Positions 10,113 through 21,706 are shown, counted from the first letter of the whole stretch. The stretch is 63,650 bases of DNA, filler included, from Porpidia crustulata (GCA_964255105.1; 3 parts of 3 records of this genome joined end to end with filler, not necessarily neighbours in it), one strand, 5' to 3'. Program-made: numbers and translations. Notes: generated by a model from the letters alone, not told the origin.

Positions 10113-11084
10113 ATGGAAAGTATCCGTAAGTCTTTACTCCACTTCGCGTGGTTCTGCGACTGTCTTTTGAAAGGCGAATTAACACCTTTGCAACGACACG
10201 AAATCGAGAAAGCACGCGGTGATCATCTCTCTATACTGGAACAACCGTCATTGGAAATCAATAGACGCATTGATGATCTTCAAAGACAACAGAGAGTCAT
10301 TGAAGACCACTGGAGTCGGCTCTTCCAGAATATGAAAATCAAAGCCTATACATTTCTCGAATTAGACACCTTCGAACATTTTCTATCAATGAGACTGCGT
10401 GAGGACTACCTTAACGAGTCTTTCGAAATTCCTCAGCGGATTCTCAATTTCGCCAGAATCAAAGGAAGTCCAGAAGATCGTGAGGTTGCTGCTCGCAACT
10501 TACTCGAAAAGAACGAAGAAGATGTTGACGAATACTACCGAAAGGTCGTCGTACCTATAATTGAAGAGCTCATGATCGATCTAGCTCATGTCGAGCGCAA
10601 GATGCAGAATATTCTCGCAAGAGGTGGAAAGTCAGGCAGCGACATTCAAGTACTGGTAAATAACTGCGAGTGGGCAGACCTGGCCATCGTTCTCTTGGGG
10701 GATCAAGAGCTGGCCGTCAAAATCTCGACCAGAAACGGTCGTCCATCCTCTACTTATGGGAGGATCATGCGCGGGATAGATCAGGTTCAGAGAACATACT
10801 TCAAAGAACTAAGGAATTCGTCGACATTTACGATCAGCGCCCACGCGAAAGCCTTGTCTGCTCAATTCAATCGAGGTTCTTCTCACTCACGAACAAGCGT
10901 AGATATCGAGGAGGATCAGCAACCGCTCCTAACAAAAGCCCTAGACCAGGGTGTCACAACGAGAATATTCGGGATTTTGGGCAATTTGACGGGGTTGACA
11001 TCAACAGACTCGGTTGAGGATGTACCTCGACCACGCTCTGATTTCTATCATGGCTACAATCTCAGTCCCAAAAAGACAGAATGA
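10113..11084 (+). CDS. Intact orphan, predicted alpha-helical protein (~323 aa)
   Basis: About 1 kb of uninterrupted ORF with amphipathic, charged helical composition; no family recognised. Confidence 0.7.
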   Translation: MESIRKSLLHFAWFCDCLLKGELTPLQRHEIEKARGDHLSILEQPSLEINRRIDDLQRQQRVIEDHWSRLFQNMKIKAYTFLELDTFEHFLSMRLREDYLNESFEIPQRILNFARIKGSPEDREVAARNLLEKNEEDVDEYYRKVVVPIIEELMIDLAHVERKMQNILARGGKSGSDIQVLVNNCEWADLAIVLLGDQELAVKISTRNGRPSSTYGRIMRGIDQVQRTYFKELRNSSTFTISAHAKALSAQFNRGSSHSRTSVDIEEDQQPLLTKALDQGVTTRIFGILGNLTGLTSTDSVEDVPRPRSDFYHGYNLSPKKTE

Positions 11085-11468
11085 GATGAAACTTCAACTG
11101 GAAGTCCACCTCGACAACACACGGATGGATTGTGTTTGGCTTTGGAGTAATCCGGGTCTCCAAGGGTAACTAGAGATGAAGGAACTTACTTTTTCACATG
11201 GCCAGACTTGTGATGGAAGGCAACGGTAGACTCAGGCTGATGAAGAGTATCATGATCATCGTGCATTAGCTCCTTTCCGCTACTCTTGTCCTGTATGAGT
11301 ATTGAGATCAAGCAGCAATTCTGATAGGCCGAGATAGGCTTATGAGGAGCCTCTATAGAAGCTCCTCAAACTCCTCTTCAACCCTATCCCTAGCTAGCCC
11401 TATCAATTCTGTGAGCTCTCCTATGAAACCCTATGCGAACCCCCATCTACTGTGATGGAAGTCTCCTA

Positions 11469-11565
11469 GGGAACGCCGTAGAACGTTGGAGGGAACGCCG
11501 TAGAACGTTGGAGGGAACGCCGTAGAACGTTGGAGGGAACGCCGTAGAACGTTGGAGGGAACGCC
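11469..11565. repeat. Perfect 22-bp minisatellite, ~4.4 copies
   Basis: GGGAACGCCGTAGAACGTTGGA x4 plus GGGAACGCC, with no spacers. Confidence 0.95.
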
Positions 11566-11953
11566 CAAGCGCTGACCAACAAGCTTCCTAACCAGCCCCG
11601 AAACCAGCACCGATTCAAGCGTGTTCGACAGAAAAACCGCATAGTCTTCCTGTCTGCTGTATTTGATCCAAGTGTGATCATTAATCAGTCGGACAGTTTG
11701 AAGGGGAGAAGAGCGTTGTTGTCAGTTCGGACAAACCGTGAAGTTTGACAGGAGAATGCGACATGGGTCACTAAGCTGGTACGTTTTTGATTATTGGAGT
11801 CAGTGAGAATACCATCTCAAAGATATAAGTGCATGCAGTTGGACGAGGCCCTTGCCAAATGTTCAAGATTGGCCTTGCTTACAACTTGCGGGAAGTCGAC
11901 AAATTGTGTAACGCACCATGTGACCGTTGGAGATGATGATAGTACTAGACACC

Positions 11954-12436
11954 ACTCGTTCCCACATCCCCAACGGTCCGCGCTAAGCTCTAAATCGAGG
12001 ATTATGAAGATTTTGATTCACCCACCGTGCAAAAGCGATCGGATTTTCAAAAATTTTAGGCTCATTAATAGCTCTGACTTAGGTCCAAATAATGAGCCAT
12101 TTAAACAAAAGTTATATCGGTGGCGCATCGCGTTTACGTCAGTTGAATGCTTAGGTCACAGGGTTGGTGGGTTTTGACGAGGCGCGCGGGCGCTTAAAAC
12201 CTTTATTGACTGGCTTCCGAAATCCTTATTATATAACGAACATCAGAATCTTTCATTGATATGACTGCAATGCGTCACCGGTATAACTTTTGTTTAAATA
12301 GCTCATGATTTAAATCTAACGCAGAGCTAGGAATGAACCTAAAAATTGTGAATATCCGATCGCTTTGGGCGAATCAAAATATCCATAATCCTGATTTTAA
12401 AGCTTAGGGCGGACCGTTGGGGGGTTTGGAACGAGT
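11954..12436. mobile_element. Non-autonomous foldback/MITE-like element with ~175-bp imperfect TIRs
   Basis: 11954-12131 is the reverse complement of 12267-12436. Exact blocks include CCCCAACGGTCCGC (11968-11981 / 12409-12422) and ATTTAAACAAAAGTTATA (12099-12116 / 12282-12299). Confidence 0.85.
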
Positions 12437-13079
12437 ACTCTATTCGCAGCTAGACCATGGAGGTATTTTGAAGTGCAGGCGAAATCATCGCCTTGAATCT
12501 GTTGGCGAACCTTAACAAGTGCTGTGAATCTCTATGAGGAGAGCCCATCAGTCATCCACTGAAGGCATTTCCACTTGGAAACAAGGGACCAGGTAATTTG
12601 GTACACACAATGTCCATTATCTCATCTGCAAGATCATCAAATTCACTCGCTTTACGAAGCTCTCCCGGACCTTTGTGCTATGTCCATGCGCGCTACTTCC
12701 ACACATCTCGGCATCCGCCTTACCCCGACCAGAGTCTGGCTTCGCGGCAATTTATCAACACGATCCTACGTCTAACCCTTGCACCAACCTCTTTCGATTT
12801 GGCGACACCCTGGTACTGAGATTCCCCAACGAACGATCCCCTTTTTCCGGCTGTTCTAGTGGAAAAGACGTGGGAGTTGACGACATGTTAGAGGCCGCCC
12901 GCTCTTCATACCACGACATCAACCCCAGAGTCCTCGCCATAGCACAAAGGAACCGAGTTATCGGTAATCTTAGAGGACTATCCGTACACGACTTAGTTCT
13001 AATACTTTTCTTATGGGCAATGACTTTGAGTTTCCACGATTTTCCATCGCTCATCATGCAGGGAAGGGGACTGCGCGTA

Positions 13080-13580
13080 CATTATCTAATACCAAATCTC
13101 TTTCACCTATGTCACCCTGTCTCATGATAGATGCGTTTGAAATGACTATGGGGTCGCTCAAGGTTTCGGAATCAAGGTCTAAGGCCTTCTGGATGCTTCG
13201 GTCAACAGATTTTGTCGGGTTTCTGAGTTCATGCTTACTGTGGCTTTCTTAACCGGCCCGTTTTTCTCTACCCTTTTTCTCGGCTTCTTCTCCAGTTCGT
13301 GAGCCATGAATGAGCGGTTAAGCAAGGGCGCCTCCCTTGATTCCTTTAAGTCCTTCTTCACTTGGTCCATGTATGAATCCAGGTCATATATGGAATCAAT
13401 CGAGATCAACTCGGGCCTCTTAACGTTCTCATAGTTCGTTCTGGACGCTTCTCCTGTGCTAGGCATAGTTGAATTTTGCTCCGAACGAATACCGTGCTCT
13501 CGAAAATCTGATGTGGATGGTCGCTTAAGAAATCGAGTATTGGAGAGCGACAGACGATCTTGATTCAGACGCTTCGACAT
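13080..13580 (-). CDS. Possible spliced or decayed gene of unknown function
   Basis: 133-aa charged ORF with a GTAAGC donor at 13238 and a plausible downstream exon (KALDLDSETLSDPIV..); the 3' structure is unresolved. Confidence 0.3.
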
Positions 13581-13973
13581 GTTAAGAAGGTGATATCACG
13601 TGGGATTCTTTTTGGATGTTTCGATGATGAAAGACGTTTAACACAACGAAAGAATCACGGACATCTCATCTATGACGGGTCGCAAGCAGGGAAATAACTT
13701 TTCATCTTTTTTGAATACGCCCACCCAGTATTCTAACATGGGGGCAAATCGTATCAGTAGTTGAATCAGGTCTTCCATGCTCAAAAACGAAGTTGGGCTA
13801 GAATTTCTACGGAACCACGTTTCCCCATGTTAAGGTAACGAAATTGTGGCTCTTGTCACGCTTCAATGGTTCGTCGTACAAAATATTAGGTTTTCTAAAG
13901 CTATAAGAATCGTGCCTTCTATGAAGTAGTTAAAGATCGAAAACAGTTCCTCAAAACCCTCAGATTTGACCGC

Positions 13974-15448
13974 TCAGCCTCTTCCTCGCTTTCTCCGAAG
14001 CCGCTGAGGGTTTTCCCAAGAAGAAACCACATGATCAATCCGAGGAATATGTGAGACGAATCTAAAAATTTCGCACAGTACAAGAGACCGCTCGGTTCTC
14101 AACAGTTCTAATTCCTTCAAGAAAGGGTCCAGAAACGGAAAACCACCTGTCCTTCGATACATGCTTCTGAAATAAGCATAGTTGTCATGCTCGTCAATCA
14201 GTGCCCAGTATTCCGGTGGATTAAACGGACGCGCATCGGCTTCTTCAAGACCAAAGAGCAAAGCGACAGCGGAAGAGTAGTCCAGGTTGCGTGCCAGATA
14301 CTATATACAGATCAGCTCGATGATGGCTATGCATGTAAGATGGGCCAACTTACCTCCACAACTTTACCGATGAACTTGCTCAGATTACGGTCAACGCTTA
14401 AACACTCTCTGATTTCCCTCTTCAGAGCTTCTCTTTCGGCTCTTAAGCGATAAATTACGTAGCCAGTAGTAGAAGTAAGGAAGTCATATACGGATGTTGC
14501 GCGAAAAAGTTTGGCATCCTGAGTTATGTACCGCTTAGCTAGATCTTCTGGACTTTTGCTGATAAGGACGGTGTCTAGGAACGAGAAGTTTGTGTGAAGG
14601 ACAGAGCTTGCATCTTCAGGAGACTTGGACGTAAGATAATATTCGAGCCGTGCAGCCAGAACGCCAAGTCGCTTGATCACTAAGATGATGTCCCGATCCT
14701 CTTGTTCGAACAGCTCTTTTATTCGGCAGACCAAAAAATCAAGTCCCTTCTGAAGCTCAAACGTAAGGCCACCTAAGCTGCTTGAGAGAATATGATATGC
14801 CAATGGGTTCCGCCATTTCAAGTTCTGATTGAGCTTTTAGCATCTCATCACTGCCCAGCACTGCTCAAGGGGACTAACTTCCTTAGGCATCTCGTATTGT
14901 TTTGTGGATTCCCGAAGTGTACAGAAATAGTAGCGAAGTTCTTTCTCCAGAATTGTTATATCATCCTGCAGTGTTCCTAGCTGAGCATCGTGCTCATGTG
15001 CATACCTTACCAACTCACAGAATGGGACACTGCGGAGTAATAGGCGAACACGATGATCGACCTCGGCGGTGATTGTATTAGCATCTGCTAGGCTAGATAG
15101 ATCTGGCGAAGTTTGAACCATTTGCCAGTCGGGAACCTGTTTGCGCCGTAACAGGCCGACAATCTTCTCAGCTTTTTGATATGTGCTTAAATCAAGACAT
15201 GGGTTGGGTTCAAATTCCTCGTCAGGCAAGGAGGACAAAGTATGATCAAGAAAATCTTCGGTCCGCTTTGACAATGTCTCGCAGAGGGTGTCACGATCTG
15301 GAAAGGGCCAAAGGCTGCATAAGAGACTCAATTCATTAAAATTGTGGCTCTTTTGAAGTACCTGTTCGGCTCTAAGATGTGTTTCCCGTGACACCACCGG
15401 AATGGTGTCAGCTTCTGTTGCCATGTGGGGGTGAAACCAATTGATCAT
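13974..15448 (-). CDS. Intact three-exon gene (~455 aa) with a degenerate RasGEF/CDC25-like domain
   Basis: Introns 14825-14878 and 14301-14353 join the three ORFs in frame. PEDLAKRYITQDAKLF, NLDYSSAVALLFGL and DNYAYFR..GGFPFLDPFLKEL parallel the CDC25 motifs PxELARQLT, NNFSS..AI..GL and NY..YR..PCIPFLG.YL.DL. Confidence 0.7.
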
Positions 15449-16200
15449 GGCGGGGGCAAACCTTCTGGAAAAGATGGAGACAAGCTGAATGGTAGGTCAA
15501 ATATGAAACTGGCATTCGCTGAGTACACAATGCTACTTTCAACGTTACAGTCGCTTGGTTTGACTACATCAAGACCAACACATCAGGTTGTAACCCAGTC
15601 CTTTGGTTGCCATTGAATGCACTCACGGATTTTGTCTTCTAGAGTTCCCTGTTCAGGAACCCAATGAGGGAAGTGCCACCAGGAAGCCGCAATATGGCGT
15701 CTTTATCACTCTGCATATCACAATTAATGATCAAGTGCTTGTGGGTAATCCTGTGATAGCATTGTTCTGGGAAGATCGTATGCCACACTTTTTAGAGCTC
15801 TTTACCTGTTCATCCGTTGAGACGTACATGGGACTTGGGCTAGCAGCCTGTCGACGTGAAGTTGCCAGTTTTTCACCCCAGTCGAAGGTGTCCCAAAATT
15901 GATTCCAGGCGGAGAAGACATTCCCTGTCCAATAATCGGGAGAAATAACAGCTATGCTAGTTCAAATTACTCACGGAGGCAGCTCGATTAGGCGATAGAT
16001 TAGGTGACATGATAAACCGAAAGTACTGGTTTAAACCAATTTTCATGGTCTCGCTGCTTTAGCATGGTCATGCACGGATTGACATGGATGACTCGGATGT
16101 CTCCACCGACCAGCGTTTAGGAAAACTATCCCTCACATCATTGGTTACAACTGACAATCACAGGACTTCCGACATTAAATAGTGAGCACTGGGATACAAC

Positions 16201-16645
16201 ATGCCACCAAAATGGAAGGCCCTGGGTCTTGCTGAACGTGACATGAAGAAAGCAAGAGAAGAAGCCGGTCGATTTCTCGGCCCTGATCCTCCGATATGGA
16301 ATGATTTGGGCGCCGACATTCAGCGAGCGAAGGTCGCGAGCTATCTTGAGCATTTACGAGAAACCGACAATCGCTATATTGCCGATAAGCTTCAGCAAGA
16401 TGATGATGTCGTGTTCGAGCTTCTACGAACGAGGATCAAGACCATACGTAATAAGAAAGGTTCGAGTTAAACCGAATTTCAATCTTCATTGCTTACGTTG
16501 TACAACATTAGGCTCTACTTCCAGCGCATCTTCACGCCCGTTTTCACAAGACGACGCCAAACCTGATCTTAAGATCGCCGAGAACACAAACGATGTGGGT
16601 GATTGCCATGAGGGTGGACAAGGCGGCACAATAGACACAAGCTAG
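16201..16645 (+). CDS. Small two-exon orphan protein
   Basis: 89-aa helical ORF; a 52-nt GT..TAG intron (16460-16511) joins it in frame to GSTSSASSRP..TIDTS*. Confidence 0.55.
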
Positions 16646-17029
16646 CTGGCATCATGCATCCAGCTTCTGTGTGTGGAGCATTTGGTTATCAAGGCAGCGC
16701 CACCTACAAGCAGAGGGCCGCGTGAACTTAGCCCATCATGTGTCATTACTTTCAGTCCACAAATATGATTCTACATGAGGTAATGACAAATACTGTTCCC
16801 GAACGCTTGCTCTTCTTCTTTCACCGGCGTTTGTCCAGGACAGGGAGGAGTCCCCCGGCCATATACGCTTCTCGCTCGGCCTTACAGGCTTGTTCCGTTT
16901 TCCCAAAGACTCTAGTGGATTGTCGAGTATGAATCATCGAACCAGCCAACAAACAGTCAAATACATTGTGGAAATTGACGTTCCAAAGACGTGGAGTGAT
17001 TAAGATATTGCAATGTGAGATTGGGCTAA

Positions 17030-18135
17030 CTGAAAGATATGGGTAGAGCAGCATTAGAATGGTACCTGCTGAAGAGACCTCCGTATCCTCCTCGACTGAT
17101 CATCTCTATAGCTGCTCCTCCTTCTCGAAAGATATGAGAGTTCCCAATTTTATCGCTGTATCCGAGCTTTGCGTCTCGAAGTTCTGCTCTGTGGCGGCGC
17201 CTTCCCAATCCTTCGATATTATCTTACCCTCCTTAGCTTTGGAGCTCTGCCCGACGTCGTCATCTTTCGAGTCCTCTCACTCCCTTCAGGTCGCCCTCGG
17301 TTGAAGGTCTTTGTACTGCCTCGTATTATTTGTTCACCTTGCTTGGTTTTATGCCTGTTTTTTTTAATATATTTTAGTCTGTATCTTACTAAGACATCAA
17401 ATCTTTGTATCAGCCGCTTTACCCAATGTCTTACAATTGTTCTTATTTTTGGTTTCCCTATACCTGTGATTGACATTGGAGCCCTGTCGCGGAAATAATT
17501 TGGATCCAGTGATTTGAGAGAAGTGTCCTCGTAATCTTGATGAGGCATCCATGCTACTTCTTACAGCATCTTCGCTCTTCCATGTCCACTATAGTTGCGC
17601 CAGGTACATTAAGATAATCAGAAGACCACTTCGAAAACCCAGTCACATCTCCGTTTCTTGTTCGCTGTACATTGTGGATCTTGTTAGCTCGTCTCTTCAG
17701 CTTGTCTCGGAATCTATCCATTATTGAAGTCGTACACCTCATCATCCGGAACAAAGTTGTACGAACAAGCTCCCTGCTCGCCGCTTCGAACAGGACATAC
17801 TGCTCCTCCGCCACCAGTATCCCAGGACGTCCATTTATAGGCCTGTTTTCCTTCCTGATTTGAACTTCCCTCGAAGGCTCTGAGGAGTATAGCCCGTAGA
17901 GTCTGACTCGTCACTGGTGCTGGCATCATCATCATCATCATCACTATGATTGCCGGAAGCCCTGGACTCCTTCCTCGTTGTCTACCACACCCAGCTCCGG
18001 AGCAACTTGCAACCAGCTTGGAAGATCTCTTCCGCTACCCTTACTTTTTAGGGATGTACAGTCCCACCACAGTAGGAAAGTTATATCAGAATTGATTTTT
18101 TGAATGCCGGCGCTTAGAAGAAACAATGAGGACAA
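17030..18135 (-). mobile_element. Possible degenerate Mutator (MULE)-like transposase C-terminal remnant
   Basis: Fragmented frames with a SWIM-like TIVDMEERRCC..GMPH and P..I.GIGKPK / RGRPEGS motifs, with AT-rich patches. The similarity is weak. Confidence 0.25.
17924..17943. repeat. (CAT)6 microsatellite
   Basis: CATCATCATCATCATCATCA. Confidence 0.9.
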
Positions 18136-19078
18136 GAAAGAGAGGCTAATCTAAAATAAGTAATGTAGCAAGTCCCGACAATAGTAAATAACTTTCTCCC
18201 TCTGAAAGGATTTCAGCTATAACATTTAAACTCGTATATCTTTATCTTAATCTATCTAAGGCTGTACTACAAGCTTGGCCGGTGTAGAAGTAAGAGTATC
18301 GGGCATAAGTCATGCATAGAGGGAAAAATTTAAGATTATTTTGACTAAGTCCCCCAAAGTAAACAAAGGCGGGCGAGGACATGATGGGTGGGACTGGTGG
18401 GGTTAATGTTGTGAAGTGGAAATTTCTTGATTTTGATTTATTAGTGTTTTGCTAATAAAAAATTTCCCTCTATGCATGACTTAGTTATGCCCGATACTCT
18501 TACTAAGCCACATCGATCGCAAAAGTCATTGCAGCGCTTCTCGCTTAGATTTTGCTGTTCGTGCTGCAACGACTTTTGCGACCCTCTGGTGAGCCGAGAA
18601 TATGATGACGAAGTGTCTGGTTTTGTAGACCTTCGTGCTATTACATGTCTGACAAACAAATATAGCAAGGATTAACCGATGGTATGAGGACCGATGGGTT
18701 GACCAATACTGATTACGGGCTCCGGATTACAATATGATCAACACATCCAACCAATATCATTGAATTAAACCAAGATAAGCGGTCTGTCTCGGAACTACCG
18801 GACTACGTAATGGAATCCGCTCTAGAGAGCTCACCCCTAATCTTTTGATCCAATCACAACTGCCAGCCGCTCAATCATTTGAGCAGTACCGTGCTGCGCC
18901 CCTGGAATTCAGGATCGCCTTGGGGTGTCTACCGTTGATCCAAGTTAAAGCAGCATCGGCTTACCGGTAGCAAAAATGGAAAAAATCTTTAGTGGTTTTG
19001 TGTTAAAGGAAAGATTTCGTCGATGAAGATGAAAATTTACGGTCAAAACAGGAGACCATTTAAGTGTTCATTCAATCA

Positions 19079-21021
19079 ATGACTACAAGAGGCAGGAAAC
19101 CAGAGTACAAATGTCCTCACTGTCATGAGGTCTTTGGCACATATTCGGAATTGTTCGATCATGGACTGGACAAATGTAACAAGGCGCACCAAAGGTAGGT
19201 TGTCACACAGAGCCCAGGTGTCTTAAGCTCTCCACATCGATGACCACATGTCTAGTGTAAACACGGATGTTGAAGACGGAATACAACGCAACATCCCTTT
19301 CGAACCATCTGCGATCCAAGAGGTTGACTTGGAATCTGCGCCGACGATGATATCACAGCCCGAAGCAAGGCCGATTTCCCCCAATACATTGGCTGTGGAG
19401 GTTGACAGCATCTATGCCGGGTTATTCCAGGTGGAAGCCACGTGTATCGAGATGGATGAGATACAAGGAAGAGATTCAAATCGAAAAAGCAAATTGACCG
19501 ACGAGCAGTGGGAGGCTCTCATCGCCGTTCATAAACAGCTATTACTTGAGCATCATGATTTTTTCTTAGCTTCTCAACATCCATTAGCAAGCGCTGCTGT
19601 GAGCAGACTGCCTGCTGCATACTCCATGCCAGCGAGAATGTGGCGTCATGGAATAGGCGACTTTCTGAAGATTCTTCTTCATAGACTTCCCGAATCACTT
19701 GATCATATGCGAGTCTTTATTTCTATCGCTTATTCGACGATGACTCTTTTTTACGAAACTGTGACAACTTTCAAAGACACTTGGATCGAGTGTCTTGGAG
19801 ATCTGGCTCGGTATCGTATGGCCATTGAGAACGATGTTCGAGATCGGGAAGTCTGGACCGAAGTCGCTTGGTCTTGGTACAGCAAGGCTAGAGACAGAAA
19901 TCCCAACGTGGGACGTCTGTGTCATCATCTTGCTATACTTGCTCGACCATCAAGTCTGCACCAGATTTCTCTCTTTGCCATATCTCTCACGGCTATCACG
20001 CCTTTCGAAAGTGCTCGAGAAGGGCTCTTCGCGTCTATACTTCACGACAACGAATCGACGTACTCGCGATCATCGCCTTTAGGAAGCGTATTCATCAAGG
20101 CTCATAATGTTCTTCTCTTCAACAATCCAATTCGCGAATTCGATGACGTCATTCACCAACTGAGAGCGGGTCTGCTCGATAATCACATTGATCGAGCCGC
20201 TGCTAGATTCAAAAAGCATGGTGTTTTCGCTGCAGTCACTAACATTGCCGCCCTTTTCGAATACGGAGCTGTGAAGCAGGGTGGCTTACACAAGTCAATT
20301 TTTCGTCTCGCATACCAAGAAATGAAGCAAGAAACGCCCCTTTCGTTCTCCCCCTCTGGCGATGAACTATCTGACGACACTAACATTGTATCGATCCAGT
20401 CAACTTTCCCAAGTTTAACTGCATCGGACATTAAATCTTCCGAAGTTCTTATTTCTCGTGCATCAATCCTAACCTTTACTTTTTTATCGGTGTCCCTGCA
20501 GCGGATTAACGATGAGAATGTGTTTCCTCTCGTACACGCCTCGTTCGTTTTTATTTGGAGTCTCGCGAGTGTTGAAAGAGCAATGATTTACGTTGAACGA
20601 GATGTTCCTTGGGATGAGATTTGTTCTTTTCTCAACGCGTTAGCTAAGTCTGCGACAATGACTTCTCGAATTTGGAGAGACGAATTTTTCAAGTCTAGTA
20701 ACGATGTGGATCGACCATTGCCAGAAGATTTTATCATGCGCGGTCAGTTATATTGTCAGCACTACTTTCCAAAGATGTGGTTCGAAGATGCAACAATCGA
20801 CAACGAAGAACGTGAGCTGGAGCTGTCATCAATGTCTGCGTCGCGTACAAAGAGGATACTATGGCTTGGGATTCGTATAGCTTCTGTGTGTACTTCGCAT
20901 TCTGGTTATCCCAACTACGCTAATATAGTCCGCTTAGTTTAACCGATGGATAAACTATGACAAGGAGTTCCACAAGTTTTGGGTCACTAAGCAAAGAGCT
21001 GAACTTGACAAAGGGTCATAG
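19079..21021 (+). CDS. EST1/SMG6/EBS1-like (EST1_DNA_bind, TPR-like) protein with probable N-terminal zinc-finger exon
   Basis: Motifs QPEARPISP, LLEHHDFFLASQHP, MPARMWRHGI, WIECLGDLARYRMAIE, GRLCHHLAILARP and RPLPEDF. Intron 20886-20937 gives the last exon FNRWINYD..*. A putative intron at 19176-19227 links YKCPHCHEVF..ELFDH in frame. Confidence 0.88.
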
Positions 21022-21188
21022 GTGGATCTTCTACACAAATATACAGATGATAGAGTGGAATTAACATGATAAAAACATCACCCTGTCTAATTAGAAGATC
21101 ATTCGCTGAAGAAAATGTCTTTTGAACATTCTGCGTTATTCGTATTAGGTTTAAACATGGCAAAGATAGAGCGAACATCTATTAGGAA

Positions 21189-21244
21189 ACGTTTAGAAAC
21201 CCACTAATCGTACACCCCGTTTGCCTACTCGTACACCCCCCCCG
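21189..21244 (+). mobile_element. Probable terminus of a pogo/Fot1-like DNA transposon at the contig end
   Basis: Begins ACGT and contains the internal direct repeat TCGTACACCCC (21208-21218, 21229-21239), then the assembly breaks. A TA target site is not present. Confidence 0.35.
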
Positions 21245-21344
21245 NNNNNNNNNNNNNNNNNNNNNNNNNNNNNNNNNNNNNNNNNNNNTTAATTAATTAA
21301 NNNNNNNNNNNNNNNNNNNNNNNNNNNNNNNNNNNNNNNNNNNN
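21245..21344. other. Artificial contig linker
   Basis: N44 + TTAATTAATTAA (stops in all six frames) + N44. Confidence 0.98.
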
Positions 21345-21706
21345 GTCGTGGGCTCAGGGAGAAACAACTCCCTGCCCAATCCCCAACGCTATGGGTATGG
21401 TCGCTAGTAAATTGCTCCACTTCCTCACTGCCCTCCTCGCCCTCGATACATCCACCTGCCTACCCCACCGTCAACGTCGGAAGCAAAACATACATAGCAA
21501 ATACCCCCCTTCCCCCTGCGACGGCCCGACCATCGCCGGTTCTTTTCCCGTCCGCCCAAACACCTGAAACGCCTGCCCACGATCAAGATCGAATAATTAG
21601 ATGACGCCGTAAAATGTGTGATTTGCGCGGATTAAGACCGAGCCGGTACCACTTCCCCTGAAAAATTGGTGGCATACAGGAATGAAGACGGAGAGGATGT
21701 CTAGCT

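Noticed and set aside
11469..11565. CRISPR-like array
   Set aside because: The repeats are contiguous with no spacers, and the context is eukaryotic.
1..21244. Starship captain (DUF3435 tyrosine recombinase) or intact transposase
   Set aside because: No ORF with tyrosine-recombinase or DDE catalytic features was seen in the window.
21289..21300. TTAATTAATTAA palindrome (also 42498-42509) as a target site or element end
   Set aside because: It is centred in identical N44 padding, so it is a synthetic six-frame stop linker.
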